Source: Planctomycetota bacterium (GTDB lineage Bacteria; Planctomycetota; UBA1135; GCA-002686595). Taken from it: a stretch of DNA of 64,000 bases. Location of the stretch: contig JACKHS010000012.1 of the NCBI GenBank assembly GCA_020638875.1, positions 37,115 to 101,114 on the forward strand, read 5' to 3'. Shown here piece after piece: positions 36,901 through 44,989 of this stretch. The position numbers and the translations under genes were made by a program. Below the pieces are notes generated by a model that saw only the letters and a program-made list of their open reading frames with translations, made no database searches and was not told where the DNA came from. Every line of letters starts with the position of its first letter. Positions within the stretch are counted from its first letter, which is position 1.

Positions 36901-37147
36901 CCGCCTTGTGAGTCAGGACGCCGATCAGCCAGGGCATCGCCGGCCGCGACCCGTCGAGCGCGCGGCCCTGCTCGAGCAGCGCGAGGAAGGTCTGCTGGAC
37001 GAGGTCCTCCGCCTCGCAGGCGTCGCCCACGAGGTGCACGGCGGCGCGCAGCAGCTTGGGCGCGGTGAGGTCGAACAGCTCGCCCACCGCCTCCACGTCG
37101 CGCCGCGCGCACCAGCGCGCGAAGAGCTCGTCCGTTCGCGATCCCAT
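33911..37147 (-). CDS. ECF sigma factor fused to a transmembrane helix and large carboxypeptidase-regulatory-like repeat ectodomain
   Basis: A single 1078-codon ORF. The N-terminal ~172 aa form an ECF sigma (DLVQQTFLALLEQ; YRAVVVLRLRHGLAPAEIAHALGRSPGTVRVQLHRG). The hydrophobic helix is KVLLVAACAVVLTVLGL. About 835 aa follow, with repeats such as GRVLDAADGAPLAGARVRLF, ITVVVVDGEGRPAGGRVVV, YAGRLSDAGGAPLAGVRVFA and VYGSVRRADGTPLAEATVSV. Confidence 0.75.
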   Translation of the reverse strand: MGSRTDELFARWCARRDVEAVGELFDLTAPKLLRAAVHLVGDACEAEDLVQQTFLALLEQGRALDGSRPAMPWLIGVLTHKAADARRRAARPLDPERLQRAEEEAPDAPLERRELSAELAAAVDGLEEPYRAVVVLRLRHGLAPAEIAHALGRSPGTVRVQLHRGHELLRRALPASLVGGLALLLGAPRGLAAVRDVVLDEAAATAAATAVTSALGAWIVSQKVLLVAACAVVLTVLGLRYLAQPSLEAPVRPAEPVVAPPRAQEAPRDAALAVARSRPERAELVADAAARAGAETGTGRVLDAADGAPLAGARVRLFAPTRATLPAALRAHPALYEQEANGGARGRTGGDWPRVEGLDDASRFGAEALTVFDLPAPDAAPLAETTTDAQGGFTLPAFEDGALLEVVLAGYGARYRGAPAAGEEVTLALWRTRVMRGRVYIATTLEPPAEPVRLAFSACRVPDVQVWPEDGKVVHTAEDIEGLGTWTTTTAADGSFAVEVAADTVSVDVLDAGWGFSMSMSYPVGEEVALYLERQPYLHVVDDADGAPIERVRLLGRELANGYVLWGGAFEAPGGRLAVPGEAVFLRYNSDKTMRLTVWAEGYEGTSLQVVDLVHQGELEVRLRRGATPRLAGRVLRDGRPGEGATAALLARSRLMWGETDDALVDGVRVDEHGDFALSAPPGAYVLRVRDGARLYHEPIDLPHPEPVEVDVEHMGGITVVVVDGEGRPAGGRVVVLHDEHGQQQHGGTDAAGALAFAGLAPGTFRVLVPEAVVGATYTFDDMVEVPLARGEEREVTVALPASTGPRYARLVTPDGGDPSAWRARYQGMSWVAVEPSGRVPLDLASDHWVLEFAGPDRRTYMVPIPKDAPDGCELHLAQGGERYAGRLSDAGGAPLAGVRVFADPETGGDQPDVIASVVTDEAGRFELTGLADCSHLLSFHQNPERNRWYEFDSDYAGLRFRPRAAPGEAGWLELALTRSRALATERVYGSVRRADGTPLAEATVSVECVTPVAGGEFLLGQDQGLSQTDAEGRFELLRPVCARRTFRVFAAEPGQPPRLVETRQTGGAGAEVLLTVP

Positions 37148-37214
37148 GGCGCTCCAGGCTCGCAGGGCGCCGCCGGGCGTTACGGGGATTCGCGGAAAAG
37201 CCGCCGCGCGCCGC

Positions 37215-38516
37215 TCAGCGCGCCGCCAGCGCGGCCTCGAGGTCGGCGCGCTTCACCGGTCCCGCCGCGCACACGCAGCACGCGTCGGGCATGAGGTGCG
37301 CCCGGGCGACGCGTTGCACGTCCTCGGGCGTCACGGCGGCGAAGGCGCGCGGCAGCGCCTCGAGGTTGTCGGGCGGGAGCTGGTGCACCTCGGCCGAGAC
37401 GAGGTAGCTCGCGCGGCGCGACGCGCGCTCGAAGCCCATGGCGAACGAGCCGACGAGGTAGCTCTTCGCCACCTCGAGCTCGTCCGCGGGCACGAGCTCG
37501 TCCTGCAAGCGGCGCATCTCGTGCAGGAAGCCGCGCAGCGCGGTGCCGACCTTGTCCGGCGAGGTGCCGATGTACGCGGTGAACGTGCCCGGCAGCAGGC
37601 CCGCCGAGGGCGTGATGCCCGCGCTGACCGTGTAGGCGAGGCCGAGCTCGTCGCGCAGGATGCGCCCGACGCGGTTCGTGAAGCCGGGCCCCTGGCCGAG
37701 CACGTGATCGAGCACGACGAGCGTCGCGTAGTCCGGGTCGGCGCGGCGGATGCCGAGGTGGCCGAGGTAGAGGTGGGCTTGCTGGCGCTCCGCCGGCACG
37801 ACGACGACCTCGGCGCGCGGCTCGGGGAAGACCGCAGGCGTCTTCACGAGCGGGCGGCCGAGCGGCCAGCGGCGCAGGCATCGCTCGAGCTCGTCGCGCA
37901 CCGCCTCGGGCGCGACGTCGCCGCACACCGCGATCACGCCGCGGCACGCGACCCAGTTGCGCGCGTGGTACGCGCGCAGGTGGCGCGGCTCGATCTTCGC
38001 GACGCTCTCGCGCGAGCCGTACGCCGGACGGCCGAGCCAGTGGTCGCCGTAGATCATCGCGCGGAAGCGGTTCGCGCCGCGGCGGCGCGGGTCGGCGGCC
38101 TCGATCTGCAGGCGCTGCAGCAGGCGCTGCTGCTGGCGCCGCACTTGCGCCGTCGGGAAGGTCGGCGTGGTCAGCACCTCGCCGCACACCTTCAGCAGGA
38201 GCTTCCACTGGCTCGCCTCGATGCAGCCGTTGAGGCCGCTCGAGTCGCCGCTGAGCTCGCCGCCGGCGGGCTCGAGCAGCGCGGCGAGCTGCTCCTCGTC
38301 GTGGCGCTGCGTGCCCTCGGACGCCAGGCCGCCGACGAGGTACGAGGTGCCTTCGAGGCCCGGGCGATCGAGCGAGGGGCCGCCGCGCAGGTGCACGTCG
38401 ACCGCGAAGACCGGCGCGCCGGGGCGCGGCGTGACCAGCAACGTCGCGCCGCAGGACAGCTCGAAGCGCGTGACCTCGAGCGTCTGGGTGGGCAGCGCCC
38501 GCGCGCGGCGGCTCAC
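37215..38516 (-). CDS. M16 family peptidase, non-catalytic (HxxEH-less) subunit
   Basis: The GTG at 38516 overlaps the upstream stop (GTGA) and gives VSRRARALPTQTLEVTRFELSCGATLLV... The position of the zinc motif reads GTSYLVGGLASEGT, with no HxxEH. The C-terminal M16 inactive-domain pattern is present. The upstream part of track ORF 37215..39638 is artefactual. Confidence 0.75.
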   Translation of the reverse strand: MSRRARALPTQTLEVTRFELSCGATLLVTPRPGAPVFAVDVHLRGGPSLDRPGLEGTSYLVGGLASEGTQRHDEEQLAALLEPAGGELSGDSSGLNGCIEASQWKLLLKVCGEVLTTPTFPTAQVRRQQQRLLQRLQIEAADPRRRGANRFRAMIYGDHWLGRPAYGSRESVAKIEPRHLRAYHARNWVACRGVIAVCGDVAPEAVRDELERCLRRWPLGRPLVKTPAVFPEPRAEVVVVPAERQQAHLYLGHLGIRRADPDYATLVVLDHVLGQGPGFTNRVGRILRDELGLAYTVSAGITPSAGLLPGTFTAYIGTSPDKVGTALRGFLHEMRRLQDELVPADELEVAKSYLVGSFAMGFERASRRASYLVSAEVHQLPPDNLEALPRAFAAVTPEDVQRVARAHLMPDACCVCAAGPVKRADLEAALAAR

Positions 38517-39814
38517 GGGGCGAGCTCCTCGCCCAGCGGCAGCGACCAGCCCAGCACGCGCCGCGCGGGCACGAGGTAGCGGCGCACGGTCTCGCGCAGG
38601 AGCTGCGGCGTGATCGCGGCCAGGCGCTCGCGCGAGCGCAGCGCTTCGCGCCAGTCGTGGTCCACGGCCCACTCGCCGAGGTCCTCCGCGAGGTCGGTCA
38701 CCGTCTCGCTGTCGTAGGCCTCGGAGGCGTCGAGCAGCGCGCGCGCGCGCTCGAGCTCCTTGCGCGGCACGAGGTGCTTGGCGAGGCGCGCGACCTCCTC
38801 GTCGAGGGCGCGCTCGAGCTCGCGCGGCGCGACGCCGTCGGCGGCCTCCGCGTAGAGCCAGAACGCACCGCCCTCGACGCGCACGTCGTTGCTCGCCGAC
38901 ACGCTCGTCGCCAGGCGCTCGTCGCGCACGAGGCGCCTGTACAGGCGCGAGAGGCGCCCGCTGGTCAGCACGACCGTCGCGAGGTCGAGCGCGTAGTCCT
39001 CGTCGGTCGCGACGTGCGTCGTCGGCCACGCCATGCACAGGCGCCGCGCCTCGTCGTCCCAGTGGCGCAGGAGCCGGACCTCGGCCGTCGGCTCGCCGAG
39101 CGGCGGACGGAAGGCGTCGACCTCGGCCAGCGCCGGACCGGCGGAGAGCTCGCCGAACGCGCGGCGCACGGCGGCGAGCGCGGCGCGCGGCTGCAGGTCG
39201 CCGCAGACGACGAGCGTCGCGTTGCCCGGGTGGTAGAAGCGCGCGTGCACCGCGGCGAGGTCCGCGCGCGACATCGCGCGCAACGTGTCGGCGTAGCCGA
39301 TCACCGGGCGGCCGTAGGGGTGCCGCGGGAAGAGCGCTTGCTGCACGTCGGCGGTGAGGCCGCGCCAGGGGTCGTCCTCGCCCATCGCGAGCTCCTCGAG
39401 CACGACGGCCTTCTCGGCGTCGAACTCGACGGGGTCGAGCAGCAGCCCGGCCATGCGGTCGGCCTCGAGCGCGAGCGCCTGCTCCCAGCGATCCGACGCG
39501 AACTCGAACCAGTAGGCGGTGTGGTCGTAGCTCGTGAACGCGTTGTTGCTGCCGCCGAGCCTGGTCGTGACGAGGTCGATCTCGCCCTTGGGGTGCGCGG
39601 CGGTGCCCTTGAACATCATGTGCTCGAGGAAGTGGCACGCGCCGGCCTCGTGCTCGCGCTCGTTGCGCGCGCCGACGGCGTACAGCAGCAGCACGGCGAC
39701 GACCGGCGCGTCGTGCCGCTCCGCGAGCAGCACGCGCATGCCGTTCTTCAGGTGGTGCTCGGAGATGCGGGCCCCGGCGCGCTCGGCGGTCGCGCCCTGC
39801 GTGCGCGGGCTCAA
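38513..39814 (-). CDS. M16 family zinc peptidase (HFLEH active site)
   Basis: ISEHHLKNGMRVLL..GACHFLEHMMFKGT..E..E carries the inverted zinc motif HxxEH. The only upstream in-frame start is the TTG at 39814, which overlaps the rluB stop (TTGA). The ATG at 39739 would remove the conserved N-terminal strand. It is the 3' end of the 1876-codon track ORF 38513..44143. Confidence 0.75.
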   Translation of the reverse strand: MSPRTQGATAERAGARISEHHLKNGMRVLLAERHDAPVVAVLLLYAVGARNEREHEAGACHFLEHMMFKGTAAHPKGEIDLVTTRLGGSNNAFTSYDHTAYWFEFASDRWEQALALEADRMAGLLLDPVEFDAEKAVVLEELAMGEDDPWRGLTADVQQALFPRHPYGRPVIGYADTLRAMSRADLAAVHARFYHPGNATLVVCGDLQPRAALAAVRRAFGELSAGPALAEVDAFRPPLGEPTAEVRLLRHWDDEARRLCMAWPTTHVATDEDYALDLATVVLTSGRLSRLYRRLVRDERLATSVSASNDVRVEGGAFWLYAEAADGVAPRELERALDEEVARLAKHLVPRKELERARALLDASEAYDSETVTDLAEDLGEWAVDHDWREALRSRERLAAITPQLLRETVRRYLVPARRVLGWSLPLGEELAP

Positions 39815-40902
39815 CGGCGCCCCCGGGGCTTGCCGGCGCCGCGGCCGGAGCGTCGGCCGCGGCCGCGCTCGGGCGCCTCGGCGACCTCTTCGCCCGAGCT
39901 GATCGCGAGCAGTTCGCGCACCTCCTCGCGCGTCAGGTGCCGCCAGAAGCCGGCGCGCAGCCCCTTGTCGGTGAGCGCGCCGATGCGCACGCGCTTGAGC
40001 TCGACGACCTTCGAGCCGACGCCGTGGAAGACGCGGCGGATCTCGCGGTTCTTGCCTTCCTGCAGCGTGACCTCGAGGTGCGAGTACTCGTGGCTGCGCT
40101 TCTTGACGAGCACGCGCGCGCCGGCCGTGCGGCCCTCCGCGAGGTGCACGCCCTCGCGCACCTTCTGCACGGCGTCGTCGCCGATGCGGCCGCGCACCTT
40201 CACGCGGTACGTCTTGGGCACGCCGTAACGCGGATGCATCACGCGGTTGGCGAAGTCGCCGTCGTTGGTGAGCAGGATCAGGCCCGTGCTCTCCTCGTCG
40301 AGGCGACCGACCGTGTAGATGCGGCCCTTGTCGCGATCGGTCACGAGGTCGACCGCGCGTGGCCGCGTCTCGCGCTTCTCGTTGGTGCACACGACGCCCG
40401 GCGGCTTGTTGAGCAGGTAGTACTGCTTGCGCTCGGTCTTGCCGGACTCGAGCGGCGCGCCGTCGAGCTCGACGACCTGCGTCGTTGGATCGACGCGCAG
40501 GCCGAGCTCCTCGACGCGCACGCCGTCCACGCTCACGTGCCCCTCGAGGATCAGCTCGTCCGCCGCGCGCCGCGACGCGACACCGTGATCGGCGAGGTAC
40601 TTGTTGAGGCGCACGCCGCCCTCGACGGAGGTGACGGCGCGCGGACCGGTGCGCCGCGCGGCGCCCTTCGCGGCGACCTTGCCGGGCCCCTTGGCCGCGC
40701 CCTTCGCGAAGCCCCTCGCCGAGCCTTTGGCCGCGCCTCGCGCGGGGCCCTTGGCCGGGCCCTTGCCGGGTTCCCTCGCCGGGCCGCCGGCGGTGTGTGT
40801 GCGGGAGACAGAGCCCTGCGTCCGGCGCGCGCCGGACGCCGAACGAGCGCCACCGGCCGCAGGCTTGCGGTCGGCTGACGCCTTGCGGCGCGGAGTGTTC
40901 AT
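39811..40902 (-). CDS. rluB: 23S rRNA pseudouridine synthase RluB-like, with basic N- and C-terminal tails
   Basis: S4 domain (RLNKYLADHGVASRRAADELI..G.V.V.G), catalytic motif VGRLDEESTGLILLTNDG, and KTYRVKVRG. Confidence 0.88.
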   Translation of the reverse strand: MNTPRRKASADRKPAAGGARSASGARRTQGSVSRTHTAGGPAREPGKGPAKGPARGAAKGSARGFAKGAAKGPGKVAAKGAARRTGPRAVTSVEGGVRLNKYLADHGVASRRAADELILEGHVSVDGVRVEELGLRVDPTTQVVELDGAPLESGKTERKQYYLLNKPPGVVCTNEKRETRPRAVDLVTDRDKGRIYTVGRLDEESTGLILLTNDGDFANRVMHPRYGVPKTYRVKVRGRIGDDAVQKVREGVHLAEGRTAGARVLVKKRSHEYSHLEVTLQEGKNREIRRVFHGVGSKVVELKRVRIGALTDKGLRAGFWRHLTREEVRELLAISSGEEVAEAPERGRGRRSGRGAGKPRGRR

Positions 40903-40905
40903 GCT

Positions 40906-41937
40906 TCAGGTCCTCGTCGTCGCGACGATGATGCGGGCGGGGTCCTCCCCCGCCGAGAGGGTGTGAGCTCCGAAGGCGGCCGGCACGAGACACGTGTCGC
41001 CGGTGGCGAGCTCCGTGCTCGCCGCGCCTCCCGGGCGTTCGATGCGGACATGCCCCTCGACCACGACGTAGACGAGCGGGCGGTCCTCGGTGTGCGCCTG
41101 CACGTGCCCCTCGACCTCGAGCACCGAGAGCGCGAACGCGGGGCGGCGCACGACGTCGCGCGCGCTGCGGCCTCCGGGCACGGACACGAGCGCGGGCGCG
41201 AAGGGGCCGGTGATCGGCGTCGCGTAGTCGATCGCGAGCAGCGCCTGCTCGACGTGCATCGCGCGCGGCTTGCCGTCGAGCCCCAGGCGCCCCCAGTCGT
41301 AGAGGCGATAGGTCAGGTCGCTCGACTGCTGCACCTCGAGCAGCGTCACGCCGGCACCGATCGCGTGCAGCGTGCCGGCCGGCACGTCGATCACGTCCCC
41401 GGCGCGCACGCGCCACGGCTGCAACGCGTCGACGACGCCCTCGCCGCCGGCCACCGCGGCGAACGCGCTCGCGTCGACGTCGGAGCGCAGCCCGAGGTAG
41501 ACGAGCGCGCCCGGCTCGGCGTCGAGCACGTACCAGGCCTCGTCCTTGCCGCTGTCGCCGGCGTGCAGGCGCTTGGCCGTCGCGTCGTCGGGGTGCACCT
41601 GCACCGAGAGCGGCTGCGAGGCGGAGAGGTACTTCACGAGCAGCGGGAAGCGGTCGTCCTCGGTCAGGCCGGCGGCGCCCATCAGCTCGGCGCGGTGGTC
41701 GCGCACCAGCTCGTGCAGCTTGCGGCCCTGGTGCTCGCCGCCGCGCACGCGCGAGACGTGCTCGGCGCGATCGGAGAGCTCCCAGGTCTCGCCCACCGGC
41801 CCCTCCACGTCCAGCGCGAGGCCCGGCACCTGCTCGAGCCGGCGGCCGCCCCAGACCTTCGTCAGGCAGACGCGCTCGAACCGCAGCGGCTCGTCGAGCG
41901 GACGCGGAGCGTTCGTGCGGGGGTCGGGAGGCGCCAT
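40906..41937 (-). CDS. manA: class I mannose-6-phosphate isomerase
   Basis: Start ATG at 41937 (MAPPDPRTN..). VWGG, FPLLVKYLSASQPLSVQVHPDD, KDEAWYVL and VPAGTLHAIGAG are the PMI type I zinc-ligand motifs. Confidence 0.85.
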   Translation of the reverse strand: MAPPDPRTNAPRPLDEPLRFERVCLTKVWGGRRLEQVPGLALDVEGPVGETWELSDRAEHVSRVRGGEHQGRKLHELVRDHRAELMGAAGLTEDDRFPLLVKYLSASQPLSVQVHPDDATAKRLHAGDSGKDEAWYVLDAEPGALVYLGLRSDVDASAFAAVAGGEGVVDALQPWRVRAGDVIDVPAGTLHAIGAGVTLLEVQQSSDLTYRLYDWGRLGLDGKPRAMHVEQALLAIDYATPITGPFAPALVSVPGGRSARDVVRRPAFALSVLEVEGHVQAHTEDRPLVYVVVEGHVRIERPGGAASTELATGDTCLVPAAFGAHTLSAGEDPARIIVATTRT

Positions 41938-42148
41938 GGCGGGCGAACAGGGTAGCGTCTGCGCGCCGAGGCAGCGGCGAAAAGGCCGCGGCCACGGGCC
42001 TTCCACGCGGCGCGTCGCGCGAGCGCGTCGGCTCCCGAGCGCGCCCTCTTGGAAAGCGCGGGACGGTGCACCAATCAACCGGCGGGTTGCGGGAACCTCG
42101 CTCGGGGACCTCCCCATCCAAGCTCTCGGGTCGACCCGACCCCTCTCG

Positions 42149-44056
42149 ATGCGCGCCCCCTCTCCTGCTCCTCCGCTCGGACCCCGCCCGTCCGCGACGC
42201 TCGCCCCCGTCGGACTGGCCCTGCTCGCCTCGGTGGCCTCGCTGCTGTTCGCGGCGTTCACGCTGTATCCGCGCGGCGAAGCTACCAGCCTGCAATCGGG
42301 CGTCGTGCACGCGGCCGAGTCCGAGGCGTCGCGCCGCACCGCGCTGGCCGAGCCGGCGCCGGCCGCCGCCCAGGGACAGACGCGCGTGGCGGAGTTCGTC
42401 AGCGCGCCGACCGAGCTCGCCGCGCCCGAGCTCCTGCGCCTCGCCTGCCGCGTGGTCGACGAGGACGACCTGCCCGTGGCCGGCGCGGAGGTGTGGGCCG
42501 ACGACGGCGAGTACGCGCTGCGCGGGCTGAGCGATGCCGACGGGACCTTCGCGCTCGAGCTCGACGCCGCGACGCTGCGCGCGCGCTGGCGCCGCGGCGA
42601 CGTGGTGCGCGTCGGCGCGCGTCACGCGGACCACGGCCCGTCGCTGCTCTCCGCGTGGGCCGCGCCGCGCGACGCCGAGCTCGTGCTGCGCCTGCACGGC
42701 GCGGGCGCGCGCCTGTGGCTGCAGGTGGTCGACCCCGCGGGCATGCCGGTGCCCGGCGCGCAAGTGCGCGTCGAGCCGGACACGGAGCTCGACGCGCCGG
42801 CGCTGGCCCCCGACGGCGGCGCCGTGGCGATCACGACGAGCCCGCTGGCGATCAGCGACGCGTGGGGCGAGGTGCGCCTCTCCGGCCTGGAGCCGGGCCC
42901 GACGCGCGCGGAGCTGTGGGCACCCGGCTACTGCCCGCGCACGTCGCGCGTGAAGCTGCTCGAGGGCGTGCGCCTGACGCTGCGCGTGCGCCTCGACCAC
43001 GCGGCCGCGCTGCACGGCAAGCTGCGGCGCATCGACGGCGGCGACGTGGGCGGCGCGCGCGTGACGGCCTTCGACGAGGACGGGCGCACGCGCCACGAGA
43101 CGCGCGCGGGGAGCGACGGCAGCTACGAGCTGCGCGACGTCCCGGCCGGTCGCGTGCGCGTGTTCGCCGAGCTCGGCGCGGAGGGTCGCGTGACGCACTC
43201 GGCCGCGAACGACCTCTACCTGCGCGCCGGCGAGCGTGGCGAGTGGAACGCGGTGCTCGCGCTGGTGCCGTTGACGCAGCGCCGCCTGCTGGACTCGGAC
43301 GGCCGGCCGTTGATCGGGTGGCGCGTCGAGCTGCGCGCCAAGGACGCGGCCGACGAGGCGCTGCACGTCGCGCGCACCGACGAGGACGGCCGCTACGAGC
43401 TGCCCGCGGTGCGCGACGGGCGCGAGACCCAGCTCTGGATCTACCACGCGCTCGCGGGCGGCGGCTTGCCCACGCGCGTGCAGGACGACGACGGGAGCGG
43501 CGACGGCGAGCTGCGCCTCGCGCCGGGCGAGGATCGCGCGGCGACGCTGCGCGGCCGCGTCCGCACGCAGCAAGGCCGACCCGCGCTGGGCGTGCCGTGC
43601 TCGGTGGTGCGCCTCGCGACGGGGCAGACGCTGCCGCTCGTGACGAGCCTCGACGACGCGGCCTTCGAGACGCCGCCGCTGCCGCCGGGTGACTACGTGC
43701 TGCTCTTCCCCAACCACGGCCGCGGTTGGATCCCGGACCAGCGCTTCACGTTGCTGCCCGACGAGCCGCTCGACATCGGTTCGGTGCGGCTGCCCGACCT
43801 CGGGCGCCTGCGCCTCGCGCCCGCGGTGCTGACGCGCAGCGGCGAGTGTCGCGACGTGCGACTCGTGCTGCACCGCCCCGAGATCGAGCCGGACTACAAG
43901 TACGTCGTGCACGAGGGACGCGTGGACCTGCCGCTCGAGGTCGACCTCGCGCCGGGCGAGTACGCGGTGCGCGCCCTCGACGTGCCCGGCTCGCCGCGCT
44001 TCGACTTCGTCATCACCAGCGGCGCGACGACGCCCGTGGTGATGCCCGCGGAGTAG
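42149..44056 (+). CDS. single-pass membrane protein with carboxypeptidase-regulatory-like repeats
   Basis: The ATG at 42149 (MRAPSPAPP..) is chosen within track ORF 41546..44056. Anchor LAPVGLALLASVASLLFAAFTLY. Repeats include CRVVDEDDLPVAGAEVWA, LQVVDPAGMPVPGAQVRV, GKLRRIDGGDVGGARVTAFDEDG...SDGSYELRDVPAG and LRGRVRTQQGRP. Confidence 0.65.
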   Translation: MRAPSPAPPLGPRPSATLAPVGLALLASVASLLFAAFTLYPRGEATSLQSGVVHAAESEASRRTALAEPAPAAAQGQTRVAEFVSAPTELAAPELLRLACRVVDEDDLPVAGAEVWADDGEYALRGLSDADGTFALELDAATLRARWRRGDVVRVGARHADHGPSLLSAWAAPRDAELVLRLHGAGARLWLQVVDPAGMPVPGAQVRVEPDTELDAPALAPDGGAVAITTSPLAISDAWGEVRLSGLEPGPTRAELWAPGYCPRTSRVKLLEGVRLTLRVRLDHAAALHGKLRRIDGGDVGGARVTAFDEDGRTRHETRAGSDGSYELRDVPAGRVRVFAELGAEGRVTHSAANDLYLRAGERGEWNAVLALVPLTQRRLLDSDGRPLIGWRVELRAKDAADEALHVARTDEDGRYELPAVRDGRETQLWIYHALAGGGLPTRVQDDDGSGDGELRLAPGEDRAATLRGRVRTQQGRPALGVPCSVVRLATGQTLPLVTSLDDAAFETPPLPPGDYVLLFPNHGRGWIPDQRFTLLPDEPLDIGSVRLPDLGRLRLAPAVLTRSGECRDVRLVLHRPEIEPDYKYVVHEGRVDLPLEVDLAPGEYAVRALDVPGSPRFDFVITSGATTPVVMPAE

Positions 44057-44185
44057 CCCGACGCCGGTCCGCTTGCGACCCCGGGGTCCGCTGCTAGGCT
44101 GACGCGCGTCGGCGCCCGCCCCGAGCGCGCGCCGCACGTCCACCCCGCTCTGTCCGTGGCGCTACGTGCCCACAGGAGACAACGC

Positions 44186-44914
44186 ATGACCCGGCCCATC
44201 TCGATGAAGCGACGCCTGCTCGGCGGCTTCGCTGCGATCGCTCTGCTGAGCACCCTCGGCCTGACGCTCGCCAACAGCGGCGCCGCGACCGGCCAGGAGA
44301 AGATCAACCACTACATCGGCGCCGGGAAGTGCATGAACTGCCACCAGGCCGATGCCTCCGGCAACCAGTACGCGAAGTGGCAGGACTCCAAGCACTCGCA
44401 CGCCTTCGAGGTGCTCGGTACGGACGAGGCCAAGCGCGTCGGGAAGGAGCTGGGGATCGAGGATCCGCAGAAGAGCGAGAAGTGCGTGCGCTGCCACTCG
44501 ACCGGCTTCGGGCTCTCCGAGGACCACTTCAAGAAGGGCTTCGACGCGCAGGCCGGCGTGCAGTGCGAGACCTGCCACGGCCCCGGTGAGGATCACATGC
44601 GCGCGCGCTTCCGCGCCGCCGCGATGGAGGAGGAGCGCCCGGAAGGCGAGGTGGCGCCCTACATGAAGGTCCCGGAGGGCGAGATCATCGTCACGCCCGC
44701 GAAGGAGGTCTGCTACGGCTGCCACAACGAGCAGAGCCCGAGCTTCAAGAACTTCTGCTACTACGAGCGCATCGACAAGATCCGTCACCTCGACCCGCGC
44801 AAGCCGCGCACGGACGCCGAGAAGGCCGCGCTGCTCGTCTGCGGTTGCGGCGACGGCTGCACGTGCAAGCACGAGTGCGCCGAGGGCTGCGGCGTCCCGC
44901 CGAAGAAGGAGTAG
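44186..44914 (+). CDS. secreted tetrahaem c-type cytochrome (c554-like) with Cys-rich C-terminal tail
   Basis: SD caggaga lies before the ATG at 44186. Signal peptide ..LTLANSGAATG. The four CXXCH motifs are CMNCH, CVRCH, CETCH and CYGCH. The tail is CGCGDGCTCKHECAEGC. Confidence 0.85.
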   Translation: MTRPISMKRRLLGGFAAIALLSTLGLTLANSGAATGQEKINHYIGAGKCMNCHQADASGNQYAKWQDSKHSHAFEVLGTDEAKRVGKELGIEDPQKSEKCVRCHSTGFGLSEDHFKKGFDAQAGVQCETCHGPGEDHMRARFRAAAMEEERPEGEVAPYMKVPEGEIIVTPAKEVCYGCHNEQSPSFKNFCYYERIDKIRHLDPRKPRTDAEKAALLVCGCGDGCTCKHECAEGCGVPPKKE

Positions 44915-44937
44915 CCCCGACTCCTCCAGCGAATGCC

Positions 44938-44978
44938 GCGGGGGCGGAGGTCCGCTGACCTCCGCCCCCGCCGTTTCG
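44938..44978. terminator. hairpin between convergent cytochrome and NrfD-like genes
   Basis: gcgggggcggaggt-ccgctg-acctccgcccccgc is a perfect 14-bp stem followed by cgtttcg on the plus strand. Confidence 0.65.
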
Positions 44979-44989
44979 ACTCGCCGCGC

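Noticed and set aside
38513-44143. 1876-codon minus-strand ORF suggesting a giant protein
   Set aside because: Only the last 433 codons (the M16 peptidase, 38513..39814) look like protein. The rest is antisense to 42149..44056 or out of frame with rluB and manA, which occupy the same DNA with clear family motifs.
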